Shown: positions 42,069 through 52,699, numbered from the stretch's first letter. The stretch is 64,000 nucleotides of DNA from an uncultured candidatus Porisulfidus sp. (GCA_965116025.1 OZ220480.1:1728001-1792000), one strand, 5' to 3'. Program-made: numbers and translations. The notes: generated by a model not told the origin, from the letters alone.

Positions 42069-44020
42069 GCTCTTCTCCTGCCGCGCCGATAGCGGTAGCG
42101 ACGGTCTGACAGCGCCAGCAGCCCGCCGAGCGACATCAGCAAGGCTCCGCCCCACAGCCACTGGACGAACGGCTTGACGTACAGGCGCACTCCCCAACCG
42201 CCGCCAGGCTGGGCCACTCCGAGAGCCGCGTACACGTCGCGCCAGATCGTCGAATGGATGGCGACCTCGGTCATGGGCGCGTCCTGGACCAGATAAACTC
42301 GCTTCTCCGGGCGCAATTCCGTCACCGGCTCGCCGTCGCGGAGCACTGAGAGGCGCCCTTGCTGGGCGCGGTAATTCGGCCCGTCCACCTCCCGCGCGCC
42401 ACGAAACACGAACTCGTATCCGGCGAGGGTCACGGCGTCGCCCTCGTTCATCACCAGTTCTCGCTCCATCGAGAAAGCCGTGGTGAACGCGATGCCGAGC
42501 GCGACCACGCCGAGTCCGACGTGCGCGCAGGTCATCCCGACCATGTGCCTGGGTAGATGACGCAGACTATAGCCGGTGCCGGCGCCCCTCCGCATGCGGG
42601 AGAACTGCCGCCACAGCGCGGCCAGCGGCCCCGAGACGCACCAGATCCCAAGCATGGTCCCCGCCACCACCAAGGGCGAGCGCGAATCGAAAACAGCCCA
42701 TGGAATCGCGACGCCGAGCGCCAGCGCCAGCGCCAGCGGCGCCTGGAGCCGCCGTAGCAATTCGCGGGCCCGCGCCTTTTTCCAGCGCGAAACCGGCCCG
42801 ACCGCGGCGAGAAACAAAAGCGGCAGCATCAGAGGCAGAAACACCAAATTGAAATACGGTGGCCCGACTGACATCGACGGCAGACCCAGAACGTCCACGA
42901 TCAGGGGGTACAGGGTGCCGAGCAAGATGGCGAAAGTGGCGACCAGCAAGAAGACGTTGTTGAGCAGCAACAGGGTTTCCCGCGAGAGCAGCTCGAAATG
43001 CCCCATGCTCTCGATGCGGTGGGCGCGCGACGCGTACAGCACCAGCCCGCCGCCGGTGACCAGTGCCAGGAAGCCCAGAATGTAGACCCCGCGGGCCGGG
43101 TCGTTCGCGAACGCATGCACCGACACCAGCACCCCGGAGCGCACCAGGAACGTTCCCAGCAAGCTGAGCGAGAACGCCAGCAGCGCCAGCAATACGGTCC
43201 AGCGCTTGAAGGCGTTGCGTTTCTCGGTGACCGCTAGGGAATGGATCAGCGCGGTCCCGACCAGCCATGGCATGAACGAGGCGTTCTCCACCGGATCCCA
43301 GAACCACCATCCGCCCCAGCCGAGCTCATGGTAGGCCCACCAGCTGCCTAGCCCAATGCCCAGCGTCAGAAACACCCACGCGGCGGTCACCCATGGACGC
43401 GTCCAGCGCGCCCAAGCCGCATGCAGATGGCCACCCCACAGGGCCGCGATGGCGAACGCGAAGGCGACCGCGAATCCCACGTAGCCCATGTACAGCATCG
43501 GCGGATGAATCACGAGACCTGGATCCTGCAGCAATGGATTCAGGTCACGTCCCTGTGGCGCTGGCGGGATCAGGCGGTCGAATGGGTTGGAGGTCGCCAG
43601 CATGAAGGCCAGAAATCCTAGGCTGACGAAGCCCAGAACGGCCAGCACGCGCGCCCGAAATAACATCGGGAGGCGACGGCTCAGCGCCACCACCGCCACA
43701 GTCCAGATCGACAGGATCAGCGACCACAGAAGCAACGACCCCTCATGCGCGCCCCACACACCGGAGATTCGGTAGGCCAGCGGCAACTCCGCGTTGGAGT
43801 TGTTGGCGACGTAGCGCACGGAGAAATCATGCTCGACGAACGCCCAGGTCAGCGCCAGGTAGGCTAGCAGCACCAAGAGCCCCTGGCCGAGCGCGAGCGA
43901 ATAGGCCCCGCGCATCAGGGTCGGGTTCCCGCGCAGGGTTCCGAGAGATGGAAGCGCCGCCTGCAGGCCCGCCAGCACGCAGGCCAAGACCAGAGCGAAA
44001 TGCCCGAGTTCCGGGATCAC
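42065..44020 (-). CDS. ccmF: Heme lyase CcmF
   Basis: WGAHEGSLLLW, HPPMLY, WGGWWFWDPVENAS, SVHAFA. Confidence 0.97.
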   Translation of the reverse strand: MIPELGHFALVLACVLAGLQAALPSLGTLRGNPTLMRGAYSLALGQGLLVLLAYLALTWAFVEHDFSVRYVANNSNAELPLAYRISGVWGAHEGSLLLWSLILSIWTVAVVALSRRLPMLFRARVLAVLGFVSLGFLAFMLATSNPFDRLIPPAPQGRDLNPLLQDPGLVIHPPMLYMGYVGFAVAFAFAIAALWGGHLHAAWARWTRPWVTAAWVFLTLGIGLGSWWAYHELGWGGWWFWDPVENASFMPWLVGTALIHSLAVTEKRNAFKRWTVLLALLAFSLSLLGTFLVRSGVLVSVHAFANDPARGVYILGFLALVTGGGLVLYASRAHRIESMGHFELLSRETLLLLNNVFLLVATFAILLGTLYPLIVDVLGLPSMSVGPPYFNLVFLPLMLPLLFLAAVGPVSRWKKARARELLRRLQAPLALALALGVAIPWAVFDSRSPLVVAGTMLGIWCVSGPLAALWRQFSRMRRGAGTGYSLRHLPRHMVGMTCAHVGLGVVALGIAFTTAFSMERELVMNEGDAVTLAGYEFVFRGAREVDGPNYRAQQGRLSVLRDGEPVTELRPEKRVYLVQDAPMTEVAIHSTIWRDVYAALGVAQPGGGWGVRLYVKPFVQWLWGGALLMSLGGLLALSDRRYRYRRGRRRA

Positions 44021-44466
44021 CGAGAGATCCCGACCGGAGCCCGCTTCACCTCGTCCAGCGCTTTCGCCACTTCCGGTGGCATATAGCTCTCGTCATGTTT
44101 CGCCAACACTTCCCGCGCCACGAACACGCCATCCTCGTCCAGCCACCCCAAGGCGACGATGCCCTGTCCTTCGCGAAACAGGTCAGGCAGCAGGCCGTGG
44201 TAGCGCACCGCCAAATCGCGCGCGCCATCGGTCAAGGAGAATCGCACCCGCATCGTGCCGACTTGCCTCCGCACGCTGCCCTCGGCCACCAAGCCCCCCA
44301 GGCGGAACGTGGAGTTTGGTTCCACCATGCCGGCGGCCACCTGCGACGGACTGTAGAAATACAGAAGATTCTGCTGGAACGCGTACAGCATCAGCCCCAC
44401 CCCGGCGGCGACGCCAACGGAGACGGCCACGGCCAAGCCAAGACGTCGCTTCTGTCGGGCGTTCAT
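44017..44466 (-). CDS. ccmE: Heme chaperone CcmE
   Basis: LPDLFREGQG, LAKHDESYMP. Confidence 0.96.
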   Translation of the reverse strand: MNARQKRRLGLAVAVSVGVAAGVGLMLYAFQQNLLYFYSPSQVAAGMVEPNSTFRLGGLVAEGSVRRQVGTMRVRFSLTDGARDLAVRYHGLLPDLFREGQGIVALGWLDEDGVFVAREVLAKHDESYMPPEVAKALDEVKRAPVGISR

Positions 44467-44501
44467 GACCGGCCTATTTTAACGAAGGCTCGGAGCCTTG
44501 A

Positions 44502-44657
44502 TCAGCGGGCCGCTCTCCGGTCGCCTCTTCCGCTTTTCAATTTTCGGTGCCGCCACCACGGCTCGATGGCGTTGCCGATCAACGCGACCGCCACTAAGGC
44601 GTAGGCGCCCCAGACGTAGAGCGCGTAGCCGCCCATCGCGAGGAACTCAGCCACCAC
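44502..44657 (-). CDS. ccmD: Heme exporter CcmD
   Basis: Manual translation AEFLAMGGYALYVWGAY... between ccmC and ccmE; too short for the ORF track. Confidence 0.88.
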   Translation of the reverse strand: MVAEFLAMGGYALYVWGAYALVAVALIGNAIEPWWRHRKLKSGRGDRRAAR

Positions 44658-45384
44658 GCTCCTCCGCGACCCACTGCCGGTCCGCCTCTCGCTCCAGAAC
44701 GCGGGTTCGAACGCGCGCGAACAGGACTGTCCAGAAATACAGGACGAACGTCGCGCCCATCCACAACAAGGGCCACAGCATGCTCGAATGCGCCGCCGGT
44801 TTGTCGAAGCGAGTCACCGTGGCTCCCTGATGGAGCGTGTTCCACCACTCCACCGAGTAGTGAATGATCGGGATGTTGACGATGCCCGCGAGGGCGAGCA
44901 CGGACGCGACCCGCGCGCCCTTGCGGGGATCCGCGAACGCGTTGCGCAAGCCCAGAACTCCGAGATAGAGGAACAGCAGAATCAGTTCCGACAGCAGGCG
45001 CGCGTCTCCCCATTGCCACCATGCGCCCCACATCGGCTTGCCCCAGAGCATCCCGGTGGCGAGCGCCAAGGCGGTGAACCAGGTGCCGAGCACCGCGCAC
45101 TCGTAGACCGCGATCTCAGCCAGTTTCACGTGCCAGACCAGAGCGGCCAGTCCCGCCGCCGCCATCACCATGTAAGCCATGAGAGAGAGCCAGGCCGACG
45201 GGACGTGAACGTAGATGATCCGGTAGGCCTCGCCCTGCTGGTAGTCTGGAGGCGCCACGACCAATCCCCAGTACAGGCCCACGGCGAACCCTAGCGCGGT
45301 CAGCGTGGAGAGCCATGGCAACCAGGCTCCGGAGCGCGCGTAGAAGTGCCGAGGGGAGGAGAGTGGAGCGTATCGATCAAGCAT
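44647..45384 (-). CDS. ccmC: Heme exporter CcmC
   Basis: IIYVHVPSAW, WGKPMWGAWWQWGDARL, WWNTLHQ. Confidence 0.96.
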   Translation of the reverse strand: MLDRYAPLSSPRHFYARSGAWLPWLSTLTALGFAVGLYWGLVVAPPDYQQGEAYRIIYVHVPSAWLSLMAYMVMAAAGLAALVWHVKLAEIAVYECAVLGTWFTALALATGMLWGKPMWGAWWQWGDARLLSELILLFLYLGVLGLRNAFADPRKGARVASVLALAGIVNIPIIHYSVEWWNTLHQGATVTRFDKPAAHSSMLWPLLWMGATFVLYFWTVLFARVRTRVLEREADRQWVAEERGG

Positions 45385-45388
45385 CTTG

Positions 45389-46057
45389 CTATTCCTGACT
45401 GACGCGCAGAGCCGCCGCGGTCGCGAGGGGAATCAGGCTCGCGCTCAGACACAGCAAGCCTCCCAGCAACGCCAAGGCCCCGGCGACGGGCTGCCCTTCC
45501 ATCGCCGCGCTTGTCGCCCCGGCGCCGAACATCAACACCGGTATGTACAGTGGCAACACGATCAGGGCCAGCAGGATTCCGCCGCGCGGCAGACCCAAGG
45601 TCAGCGCCGCGCCCAGCGCGCCAATCCAGCACAGCGCGGGCATCCCCAGCGCCATGGAGACGAGCAACGTCCCGAGCGCCTCGCCCCGGAGTCCCAACCA
45701 CCCCGCCAACAGTGGGCTGGCCAGGATGAGCGGCGACGAGACGATCATCGCGTGCGCGAGCAGTTTCGCCAGCGCCAGCCAGCTTAATGATACTCCACTG
45801 GTCACCCACAGTCCGATGCCGCCCTCCTCCAGGTCGGCCGAGAAGAGCGGTCCTTGCGCGAGCAGAACCGCTAGCAAGGCGGCCATCCAGAGCAGCGACG
45901 GAGCGGATCGCTCTAGCAGATCCGGGTGCGCTCCCGCCCCAAGCGGGAACAGCAACGTCACCAACGCGTAGAACGCCAGCGGCTGCAGCAACCGCCCGCG
46001 CCGCCGCCACGCCAGTCGGAATTCGCGGCGGAACACGGCGACGAAAACGTCGCGCAT
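45389..46057 (-). CDS. ccmB: Heme exporter CcmB
   Basis: LFPLG, FSADLEEG, LPLYIPVLMFG; position in operon. Confidence 0.92.
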   Translation of the reverse strand: MRDVFVAVFRREFRLAWRRRGRLLQPLAFYALVTLLFPLGAGAHPDLLERSAPSLLWMAALLAVLLAQGPLFSADLEEGGIGLWVTSGVSLSWLALAKLLAHAMIVSSPLILASPLLAGWLGLRGEALGTLLVSMALGMPALCWIGALGAALTLGLPRGGILLALIVLPLYIPVLMFGAGATSAAMEGQPVAGALALLGGLLCLSASLIPLATAAALRVSQE

Positions 46058-46638
46058 CACTCCCCCAGCCGCAAGGTCCAGCCCTGCAGAGAATCCGAAA
46101 GCTCGCGGTGCGTCGCCATCACCACCGCGCCGCCCCTCTCCAGTTGCCGCGACAAGCGCTCCTCGAACCAGCGGGTCGAGGCGTCGTCCAGAGAGGTCAA
46201 GGGCTCGTCCAGCAACCACAATCGGCGAGCGCTGAACGACAGCCGCGCCAACGCGACGCGCCGGACCTGCCCTTCCGATAGACGACCCGCCAGCGTCTCC
46301 GAGAAGCCGCTAAGCCCTACCGCGTCGAGGGCCAGCTCCACGTCTCCCATATAGTCGCCTTCCAACTTCGCCATGAACTCCAGATTCTCGCGGGCCGTCA
46401 GATCCGCGCTGACCGCCACCTGATGCCCGACCCACAACGCCGGCTCGGGCTCCCCCGTCCACGCGATCTCTCCCTCCTCGGCCGGCGACAGGCCCGCTAG
46501 CATTCTCAACAGCGAGGTCTTGCCACTGCCGTTGGCGCCGCGAAGCAACCACAACTGGCCGGTCGCGACCGCGAAGGAGAGATCCTCGAACAGGACGCGC
46601 CCGCCCCGGACGCAACTCAGCGCTCTCGCCTCAAGCAC
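46057..46638 (-). CDS. ccmA: Heme exporter ATPase CcmA
   Basis: RGGRVLF, GANGSGKTS, LSEGQVRRVALARL, WLLDEP. Confidence 0.92.
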   Translation of the reverse strand: MLEARALSCVRGGRVLFEDLSFAVATGQLWLLRGANGSGKTSLLRMLAGLSPAEEGEIAWTGEPEPALWVGHQVAVSADLTARENLEFMAKLEGDYMGDVELALDAVGLSGFSETLAGRLSEGQVRRVALARLSFSARRLWLLDEPLTSLDDASTRWFEERLSRQLERGGAVVMATHRELSDSLQGWTLRLGE

Positions 46639-46688
46639 GAAGCCTCCAGGTTTTGACAGGCGGCGCGGTTGCCAGTAAAGTGTCGCGC

Positions 46689-47225
46689 ATGTGGAAAACG
46701 GTTTCAGCGGCGGCGGCGATCATGCTGGTGTCGGTCGGGCTCGCGGGCTCCATGGGCGCCTCTATGGTACTGGATGCGACCAACACCACGAAGTTCTGCA
46801 CCTCCTGCCACTCGATGCAGTGGAACGAGGCGGAGTGGATGGAATCCATGCATTTCAAGAACGTCTCCGGGGTGCGCGCCGGTTGCGCGGACTGCCACGT
46901 GCCGGAGGCGCTCGGCCCGAAGCTTGGCGCCAAACTGATCGCGGCGCGCGACGTGTGGGGCGAATTGATGGGAACCATCGATACGGCGGAGAAGTTCGAG
47001 GCGCACCGGTGGAAAATGGCCAGCCGGGTCTGGGACCGGATGAAGGCGAGCGACTCTCGGGAATGCCGAAGTTGCCATTCCTACGAGGCAATGGACACCG
47101 ACGAGCAGGACCGCACCGCGCGCAAGAAGCACCACAAAGCCCCCCAGCGAGGCAAGACCTGCATCGAGTGCCACAAGGGCGTCGCGCACAAGATGCCGAC
47201 CCGCCCGGTCGCGGCGAATCGTTGA
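46689..47225 (+). CDS. NapC/NirT-family tetraheme quinol dehydrogenase
   Basis: N-terminal TM and four CxxCH (CTSCH, CADCH, CRSCH, CIECH). Confidence 0.93.
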   Translation: MWKTVSAAAAIMLVSVGLAGSMGASMVLDATNTTKFCTSCHSMQWNEAEWMESMHFKNVSGVRAGCADCHVPEALGPKLGAKLIAARDVWGELMGTIDTAEKFEAHRWKMASRVWDRMKASDSRECRSCHSYEAMDTDEQDRTARKKHHKAPQRGKTCIECHKGVAHKMPTRPVAANR

Positions 47226-47403
47226 TCCCGCGTCCCGGGAACACAGATCGCGCCTCCTCGGTATGAACCCCTTCCCGGCATCCCGATTCCCCGTGGTCAA
47301 TGAAGCGCGGCGCCGAGGGAGGTGACGCGCTGGCGAAATCGTTTCTCGCGGGTCGATGCTCTCGCGCTGTTACTCGCCTCGAAAACCCTAAAGCGGCGTA
47401 ACC

Positions 47404-50349
47404 ATGCCAAGAACCTCAGAAGCGGCTTTCAACTACGGCCTGGGAACCGTGCTGCGGAAAAAACACCCGCGCTGGCACGACCGAATTCACTGCGAGCGAA
47501 CGAGCATATTGAACGAGGCGGCTCTGCGCCCCGACCTCATCATCCATCACCCGGGCGGCCTCCCCGTCGCCGTCGAGACGGAATACGTTCCCGCCCTATC
47601 CGTGGAGCTGGACGCATGCGGTCGACTGGGGAATACTCTGCGAAAAGCGGGCGCTCGCATCGAGCAAGCGATCGCGGTGCGCATCCCGGATAACCTCGCC
47701 CAGATTCAGCAAGATCAATTGGAAGAAGCGATCGAGAAGGCTGATCTCGAGTTTTGCGTATTATCCGGAAACCCAGAAGAACCATATCGGTATCCCTTAT
47801 CTGGATGGATTAATGGGGGCGTTAATGACCTCGCGGAGTGCGTCGAACTGGCCGCCCTGTCCGAGAATCAGATCGCTCTCGGCACGGAAATACTGGAGAA
47901 GGGCATCGACCAGGCCGCTAATTTTTTACGTGACGAATGCGTCGACGCGCCGTACACGCTCAAGATGATCGCGGCGAAGCTGCATCAGGAAGACGGTGAT
48001 CAGACATCAAGGATGGCGATGGCCATTCTCACCAACGCGCTCACTTTTCATCTCTCGATCGCGGGCGCTCATGACATACCGGGGCTTGACGAATTACGTC
48101 AGGATCCTCCATACAAAAGACGAATTCTTGATGTTTGGCAGCACATACTGAAAAACGTCAATTATTGGCCGATTTTCAAGATCGCATCCGATGTCCTGCT
48201 GCCGATTCGAAGCGGAGTCGCCACCAAATTGCTGGAAAAACTCTCCGGCATCGCGATGCAATTGGACGAAATGGGGATGACCAGCAAGCACGACCTCTGT
48301 GGCCGCATGTTTCAACGGCTGATCACGGATCGAAAATTTCTCGCGACGTTCTACACCTTACCAAGTTCCGCGGCCTTGCTCGCCGAACTCGCCATTGATC
48401 GTCTTGATATCGATTGGTTTGACCGAGAAGCGGTGACCTCGCTTCGAGTTGGCGATTTCGCTTGCGGCACGGGAGCTCTTCTGTACGCGTCCTACGGAGC
48501 CATCCTCTCTCGCTATCGACGCGGTGGGAAAGACGATAGCGATATCCACCCGGAAATGATGGAGCGCGCGCTGGTTGGCGCGGATATCATGCCGGCGGCG
48601 ACCCATCTGACCGCGTCCATCCTGTCAAGCGCGCATCCAAGCGTACCCTTCACCAATACGTCCATTCTCACTCTGCCGTATGGGAAGCAACCGATTGAGC
48701 ATGGCGAGCAACTTCTCGAACTCGGCTCGCTTGAGCTGATGCTCAAGGAATCGACAAAACCGATCTTCGGTACTGGCAGGAAAAGGATGCGGGGAATCGA
48801 GAAAATGAAAGAGGGGAAAGAGGAGCAAATGGACATACCGCACAAAACGTTTGATATCGTCATCATGAACCCGCCATTCACGAGACCAACCAACCACAAG
48901 ATCACTGACGTTCCCGTTCCTTCGTTCGCAGGCTTCTCAAATAGCGGCGACGAACAAAGAGAAATGTCGAAGCGACTCAAGTCGCTCTCTAGAAAAGTCA
49001 AGTCAGCTTATCAAGAGAATTTGGCTGGTCATGGGAACGCCGGACTCGCCTCAAACTTTCTCGATATCGCCCACGTCAAGCTCAAGAGCCCGGGTGGAGT
49101 GCTGGCCATAGTTCTTCCCGCTTCGTTTCTGCAGGGCGAATCGTGGACTTCCGCGCGCGAGCTATTGCGCAGGTTCTACAAAGATATCATGATCATAAGC
49201 ATCGCCGACACTGGCGCGACCATGTACGCTTTCTCCGCCGACACCAACATGGCGGAAGTGCTGGTCGTCGCGACGAGGCGAGAAGACCCCGCTCAGGAAA
49301 ACGGGAAGGCGCTCTTCGTCAATCTCAGGCATCGTCCAGAAACGATCCTTGAAGCGAAAGATATTGCGCGGAGCGTTCGGTGGCAACGCCTTCAGGCCGA
49401 TCTTTCTGGCGTGACCGCGACCGATGCTGGATCTGAACAGGCTATCGCGAATATCATCAGAGGGTCCATGTCAGAGACTGGTTGCGCGGGCATTCGCGAT
49501 GCGGAGGTGGCGAAAGCGGCGATAGGGTTGGCGGAAGGCGAATTGTCGTTGCCCCGTCACCAAAAAACCATACCACTTCGTACCGTACGGCTTGGAGACT
49601 TGGGTGAACGAGGCCTACTGCACAGAGACATCAGTGGAAAAGATGGAAAATCCAGCCATCCGAGAGGACCGTTTGACATCGTGGACTTAGTTCCAAGCGA
49701 AGTGCCCACTTGGCCCGCTCTATGGGCGCATAAAGCCAGTAGGGAAAGGCGCATGACGGTTTCCCCTGATAGCCAAGGACAAGCTCGGCAAGGATGTGAT
49801 GGGCGAGCCACAAAAACGTGGAAGGCGACGGCGTCCCGCCTGCATTTCAGTTTGGACTTCTCGTTGGCATCACAATCTCTAGCGGCCTGCCTCACACCTG
49901 ATTTATCCATAGGCGGGCGGGCTTGGCCTAACTTTCTCTGCACCGAGCCGCGATGGGAGACTCCGCTCGTCCTTTGGGCCAATACGATCTTCGGACTGGT
50001 TTCCATGTGGTGGACTGGCTCCCGACAGCAGACGGGACGAGCCATACTCACGATTTCGCGATTGGAAACGCTCGTGACTCTTGACGCGCGGCACCTCACA
50101 AAGGCGCAATTGGATCGTGCGGAAGTCATCTTTGACGATTTCCAAAATCGAGAGTTACTTCCCGCCAGCCAGGCATGGAAAGATGACGCGCGGCAAGCCT
50201 TGGACCGGGCCGTTCTGGTCGATCTTCTGGAATTGCCCGAAGATATTTTGGAGCCATTGGACTTGCTGCGCAAAAAATGGTGCGCGGAACCTTCCGTGCA
50301 CGGAGGGAGGAAAACCGCGATAATATTCGATGACGATGCGGCAGGGTAG
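47404..50349 (+). CDS. Type IIG-like fused restriction endonuclease and N6-adenine methyltransferase
   Basis: N-terminal RPD...VETE nuclease-like motif, DFACGTG, MNPPF, C-terminal TRD-like region. Confidence 0.8.
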   Translation: MPRTSEAAFNYGLGTVLRKKHPRWHDRIHCERTSILNEAALRPDLIIHHPGGLPVAVETEYVPALSVELDACGRLGNTLRKAGARIEQAIAVRIPDNLAQIQQDQLEEAIEKADLEFCVLSGNPEEPYRYPLSGWINGGVNDLAECVELAALSENQIALGTEILEKGIDQAANFLRDECVDAPYTLKMIAAKLHQEDGDQTSRMAMAILTNALTFHLSIAGAHDIPGLDELRQDPPYKRRILDVWQHILKNVNYWPIFKIASDVLLPIRSGVATKLLEKLSGIAMQLDEMGMTSKHDLCGRMFQRLITDRKFLATFYTLPSSAALLAELAIDRLDIDWFDREAVTSLRVGDFACGTGALLYASYGAILSRYRRGGKDDSDIHPEMMERALVGADIMPAATHLTASILSSAHPSVPFTNTSILTLPYGKQPIEHGEQLLELGSLELMLKESTKPIFGTGRKRMRGIEKMKEGKEEQMDIPHKTFDIVIMNPPFTRPTNHKITDVPVPSFAGFSNSGDEQREMSKRLKSLSRKVKSAYQENLAGHGNAGLASNFLDIAHVKLKSPGGVLAIVLPASFLQGESWTSARELLRRFYKDIMIISIADTGATMYAFSADTNMAEVLVVATRREDPAQENGKALFVNLRHRPETILEAKDIARSVRWQRLQADLSGVTATDAGSEQAIANIIRGSMSETGCAGIRDAEVAKAAIGLAEGELSLPRHQKTIPLRTVRLGDLGERGLLHRDISGKDGKSSHPRGPFDIVDLVPSEVPTWPALWAHKASRERRMTVSPDSQGQARQGCDGRATKTWKATASRLHFSLDFSLASQSLAACLTPDLSIGGRAWPNFLCTEPRWETPLVLWANTIFGLVSMWWTGSRQQTGRAILTISRLETLVTLDARHLTKAQLDRAEVIFDDFQNRELLPASQAWKDDARQALDRAVLVDLLELPEDILEPLDLLRKKWCAEPSVHGGRKTAIIFDDDAAG

Positions 50350-50593
50350 TATCTCTCACTGTTTTCCAGCGAGTTTCCCGCGTCTGGGTGAGCGGTCGCT
50401 CATGCTATGCTACTTATATGAAGCCGAAGCCAATGATCCCCCGTGATTTTTCGGCAATGTCACACCGGAAAACATGGCGCGAGCGCTGATACGGCCGCAC
50501 CGTCAGATTCCACCGTCACGAACGAGCCCAAGGTAGGAGAATAGTCTACGTCCGACTTGTCCAGCGAATGCCCCCAACCCCCAGATCTAGCGC

Positions 50594-51631
50594 ATGCTCA
50601 AGAAACTCTTGGATATGCGGATCCAGGAGTTTCAGACCGATATTATGGAAGACACCCTTGAGGACGCGATGAAGCATCGACCAGGCGGACTCGATTCCCT
50701 TGGTTCGCGCTCATCCATAAGCGGCGAACCGCCTCGCACCACCTGGCAACGCCGGTCGGAACTCTCCAGCATAAACCCCTTCCCGACATCCCGATTTCCC
50801 GCGGTCAATGTGGCGCAGGTCCCGCAACGCAGCCCGCTTCGATATCCCGGCGGGAAAACTTGGCTCATCCCCCATATCCGGGAATGGCTTTCCATAACGA
50901 AACCTCGAATTCTAGTCGAACCTTTCGCCGGTGGCGGGATCGTCTCCCTCACGGCGATAATGGAAAACCTGGTCGAGAGAATCATCATGGTGGAGCTCGA
51001 TCATGATGTCGCCGCTTTCTGGCATACGGCGCTACGGGACGGAAATGCTCTGGCGGAAAGAATTCGGCGCTTCACGCCAACTCCCGAGCGAGTGGCCGAG
51101 CTAGAGCGTCAAGCCCCTTGTCACGTCACGGACCACGGCTTCCGAACGCTCGTCCTAAACCGTACCCGGAAAGCCGGAATTCTCGCGCCCGGCGCGTCGT
51201 ATAGCAAACGTGGAGAAAATGGCAAGGGCATCTGCTCTCGCTGGTATCCCGACACACTGGTCGCGCGTTTGGAGGCGATTAATGAGCATGCCGAGAAAAT
51301 CACGTTCTGCGAAACCGACGGAATGGAGATTTTGGGGCCTCTGCTCTACGGATGGGGACATTCGGCGGCCGTATTCATCGATCCTCCCTATACCGCTGGA
51401 GGAAAACGTGCCGGAGCAAGGCTGTACGCGCATAGCGAAATCAATCATGCTAGGCTTTTTCAGATGCTCGCGCGCCGCCGAACGAATTTTTTGATGACGT
51501 ACGATTGCGCGCCAGAAATCGTGGACTTGGTGCGGAGGTACGGCTTCCACGCGGTTTCGGTAACGATGAAAAACGCGCATCACCGATATCAATCGGAGTT
51601 AATCATCACGAACGAGCCAATGTTCGCATGA
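50594..51631 (+). CDS. Dam/D12-class DNA methyltransferase (start uncertain)
   Basis: SPLRYPGGKTW, EPFAGGG, IDPPY. Confidence 0.88.
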   Translation: MLKKLLDMRIQEFQTDIMEDTLEDAMKHRPGGLDSLGSRSSISGEPPRTTWQRRSELSSINPFPTSRFPAVNVAQVPQRSPLRYPGGKTWLIPHIREWLSITKPRILVEPFAGGGIVSLTAIMENLVERIIMVELDHDVAAFWHTALRDGNALAERIRRFTPTPERVAELERQAPCHVTDHGFRTLVLNRTRKAGILAPGASYSKRGENGKGICSRWYPDTLVARLEAINEHAEKITFCETDGMEILGPLLYGWGHSAAVFIDPPYTAGGKRAGARLYAHSEINHARLFQMLARRRTNFLMTYDCAPEIVDLVRRYGFHAVSVTMKNAHHRYQSELIITNEPMFA

Positions 51632-52569
51632 AGATACTGAACGAAGCCAAGGAATGGTACGAAGAGCCAATCGCGCATATTCCTTCCGAGGGATTAGCGA
51701 AACGGTATGGCATCGCCGAATGGTATGGGGAGCCATTCATCCAGATGTCTCTGGAACGTCGCCAAACCTTGGCGAACATCGCCCTTGGAAAGGATGCTCC
51801 CGCTCCAGCCTGTCCATTTCAACCCGGTGGCAATATTCCATGCAGAAAGAAGGGAGGCGTTTGCTCAATCCGGGCCTATCGAAAACATTCAGGCAAAAAC
51901 AGCGACCGATTGGGCCTGCCAGTAGAAGCTCCCGTCATCACCTGCCCCAAGAGATTTGAGCAGAACCATCTTGTGCCAAGGTGGCTTGCGGAAATCGTCG
52001 GTTTCGATGAGAGTAGATCTTTTCTCGCTCGCGAAGTGCCGTTCATGCGCTCACCAAATACGGGCAGACCGGCGGGGCGCATCGATCTGGTTTTGGCGAA
52101 TGGCGATATCGAAGATCCACGCTGGTTTGGTTTGGAGATCCAAGCCGTGTATTTTTCTGGAAAGGGAATGGAGACCGAATTCGGACGCTTGGCTCAAGAC
52201 AAGGGTCACCGGCCTCCGGCTCCAATCGAGATTCGTCGACCCGACTGGCGTTCTTCTAGCGCGAAGCGACTGATGCCTCAACTGCAAGTGAAAGCTCCCA
52301 CGCTCCGCCGTTGGGGAACCAAATTGGCGGTCACCGTGGATATGCCCTTTTTTGAGGCGATTGGCGGCCCAACTAAGAAACCATCCCACGATTTGGACGA
52401 GGGCGATATCATTTGGATGATACCGGAGGTTTCCAATGATTACCAGCTCGAAGCGATGCACTGGGAAGTGTTATCTCTGGAAAAGTCTTGCCAGAAACTG
52501 TTGGCCGCGCAAGCGGTGAAGCGAAAGGATTTCGAGAGAATCCTTCTATCGAAGCTTCGTGCCATATGA
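51628..52569 (+). CDS. NotI/EagI-family restriction endonuclease
   Basis: EWYG, CPF...CRKKGGVCS...CPKRF four-Cys cluster, LEIQAVYFSG, RPDWRSSSAKRLMPQL; ATGA overlap with the MTase. Confidence 0.82.
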   Translation: MKILNEAKEWYEEPIAHIPSEGLAKRYGIAEWYGEPFIQMSLERRQTLANIALGKDAPAPACPFQPGGNIPCRKKGGVCSIRAYRKHSGKNSDRLGLPVEAPVITCPKRFEQNHLVPRWLAEIVGFDESRSFLAREVPFMRSPNTGRPAGRIDLVLANGDIEDPRWFGLEIQAVYFSGKGMETEFGRLAQDKGHRPPAPIEIRRPDWRSSSAKRLMPQLQVKAPTLRRWGTKLAVTVDMPFFEAIGGPTKKPSHDLDEGDIIWMIPEVSNDYQLEAMHWEVLSLEKSCQKLLAAQAVKRKDFERILLSKLRAI

Positions 52570-52699
52570 CGGCCCATATCGAGATTTCAATGAGATTCAA
52601 GGTCGCAACAATGAATTTGGCCAGCCAATTTCATGCCTGTGTTAGGATATTGACCCTAAAACTTATGGGGTATTCTCGACCTTCGCAGGAGGAAAATTA

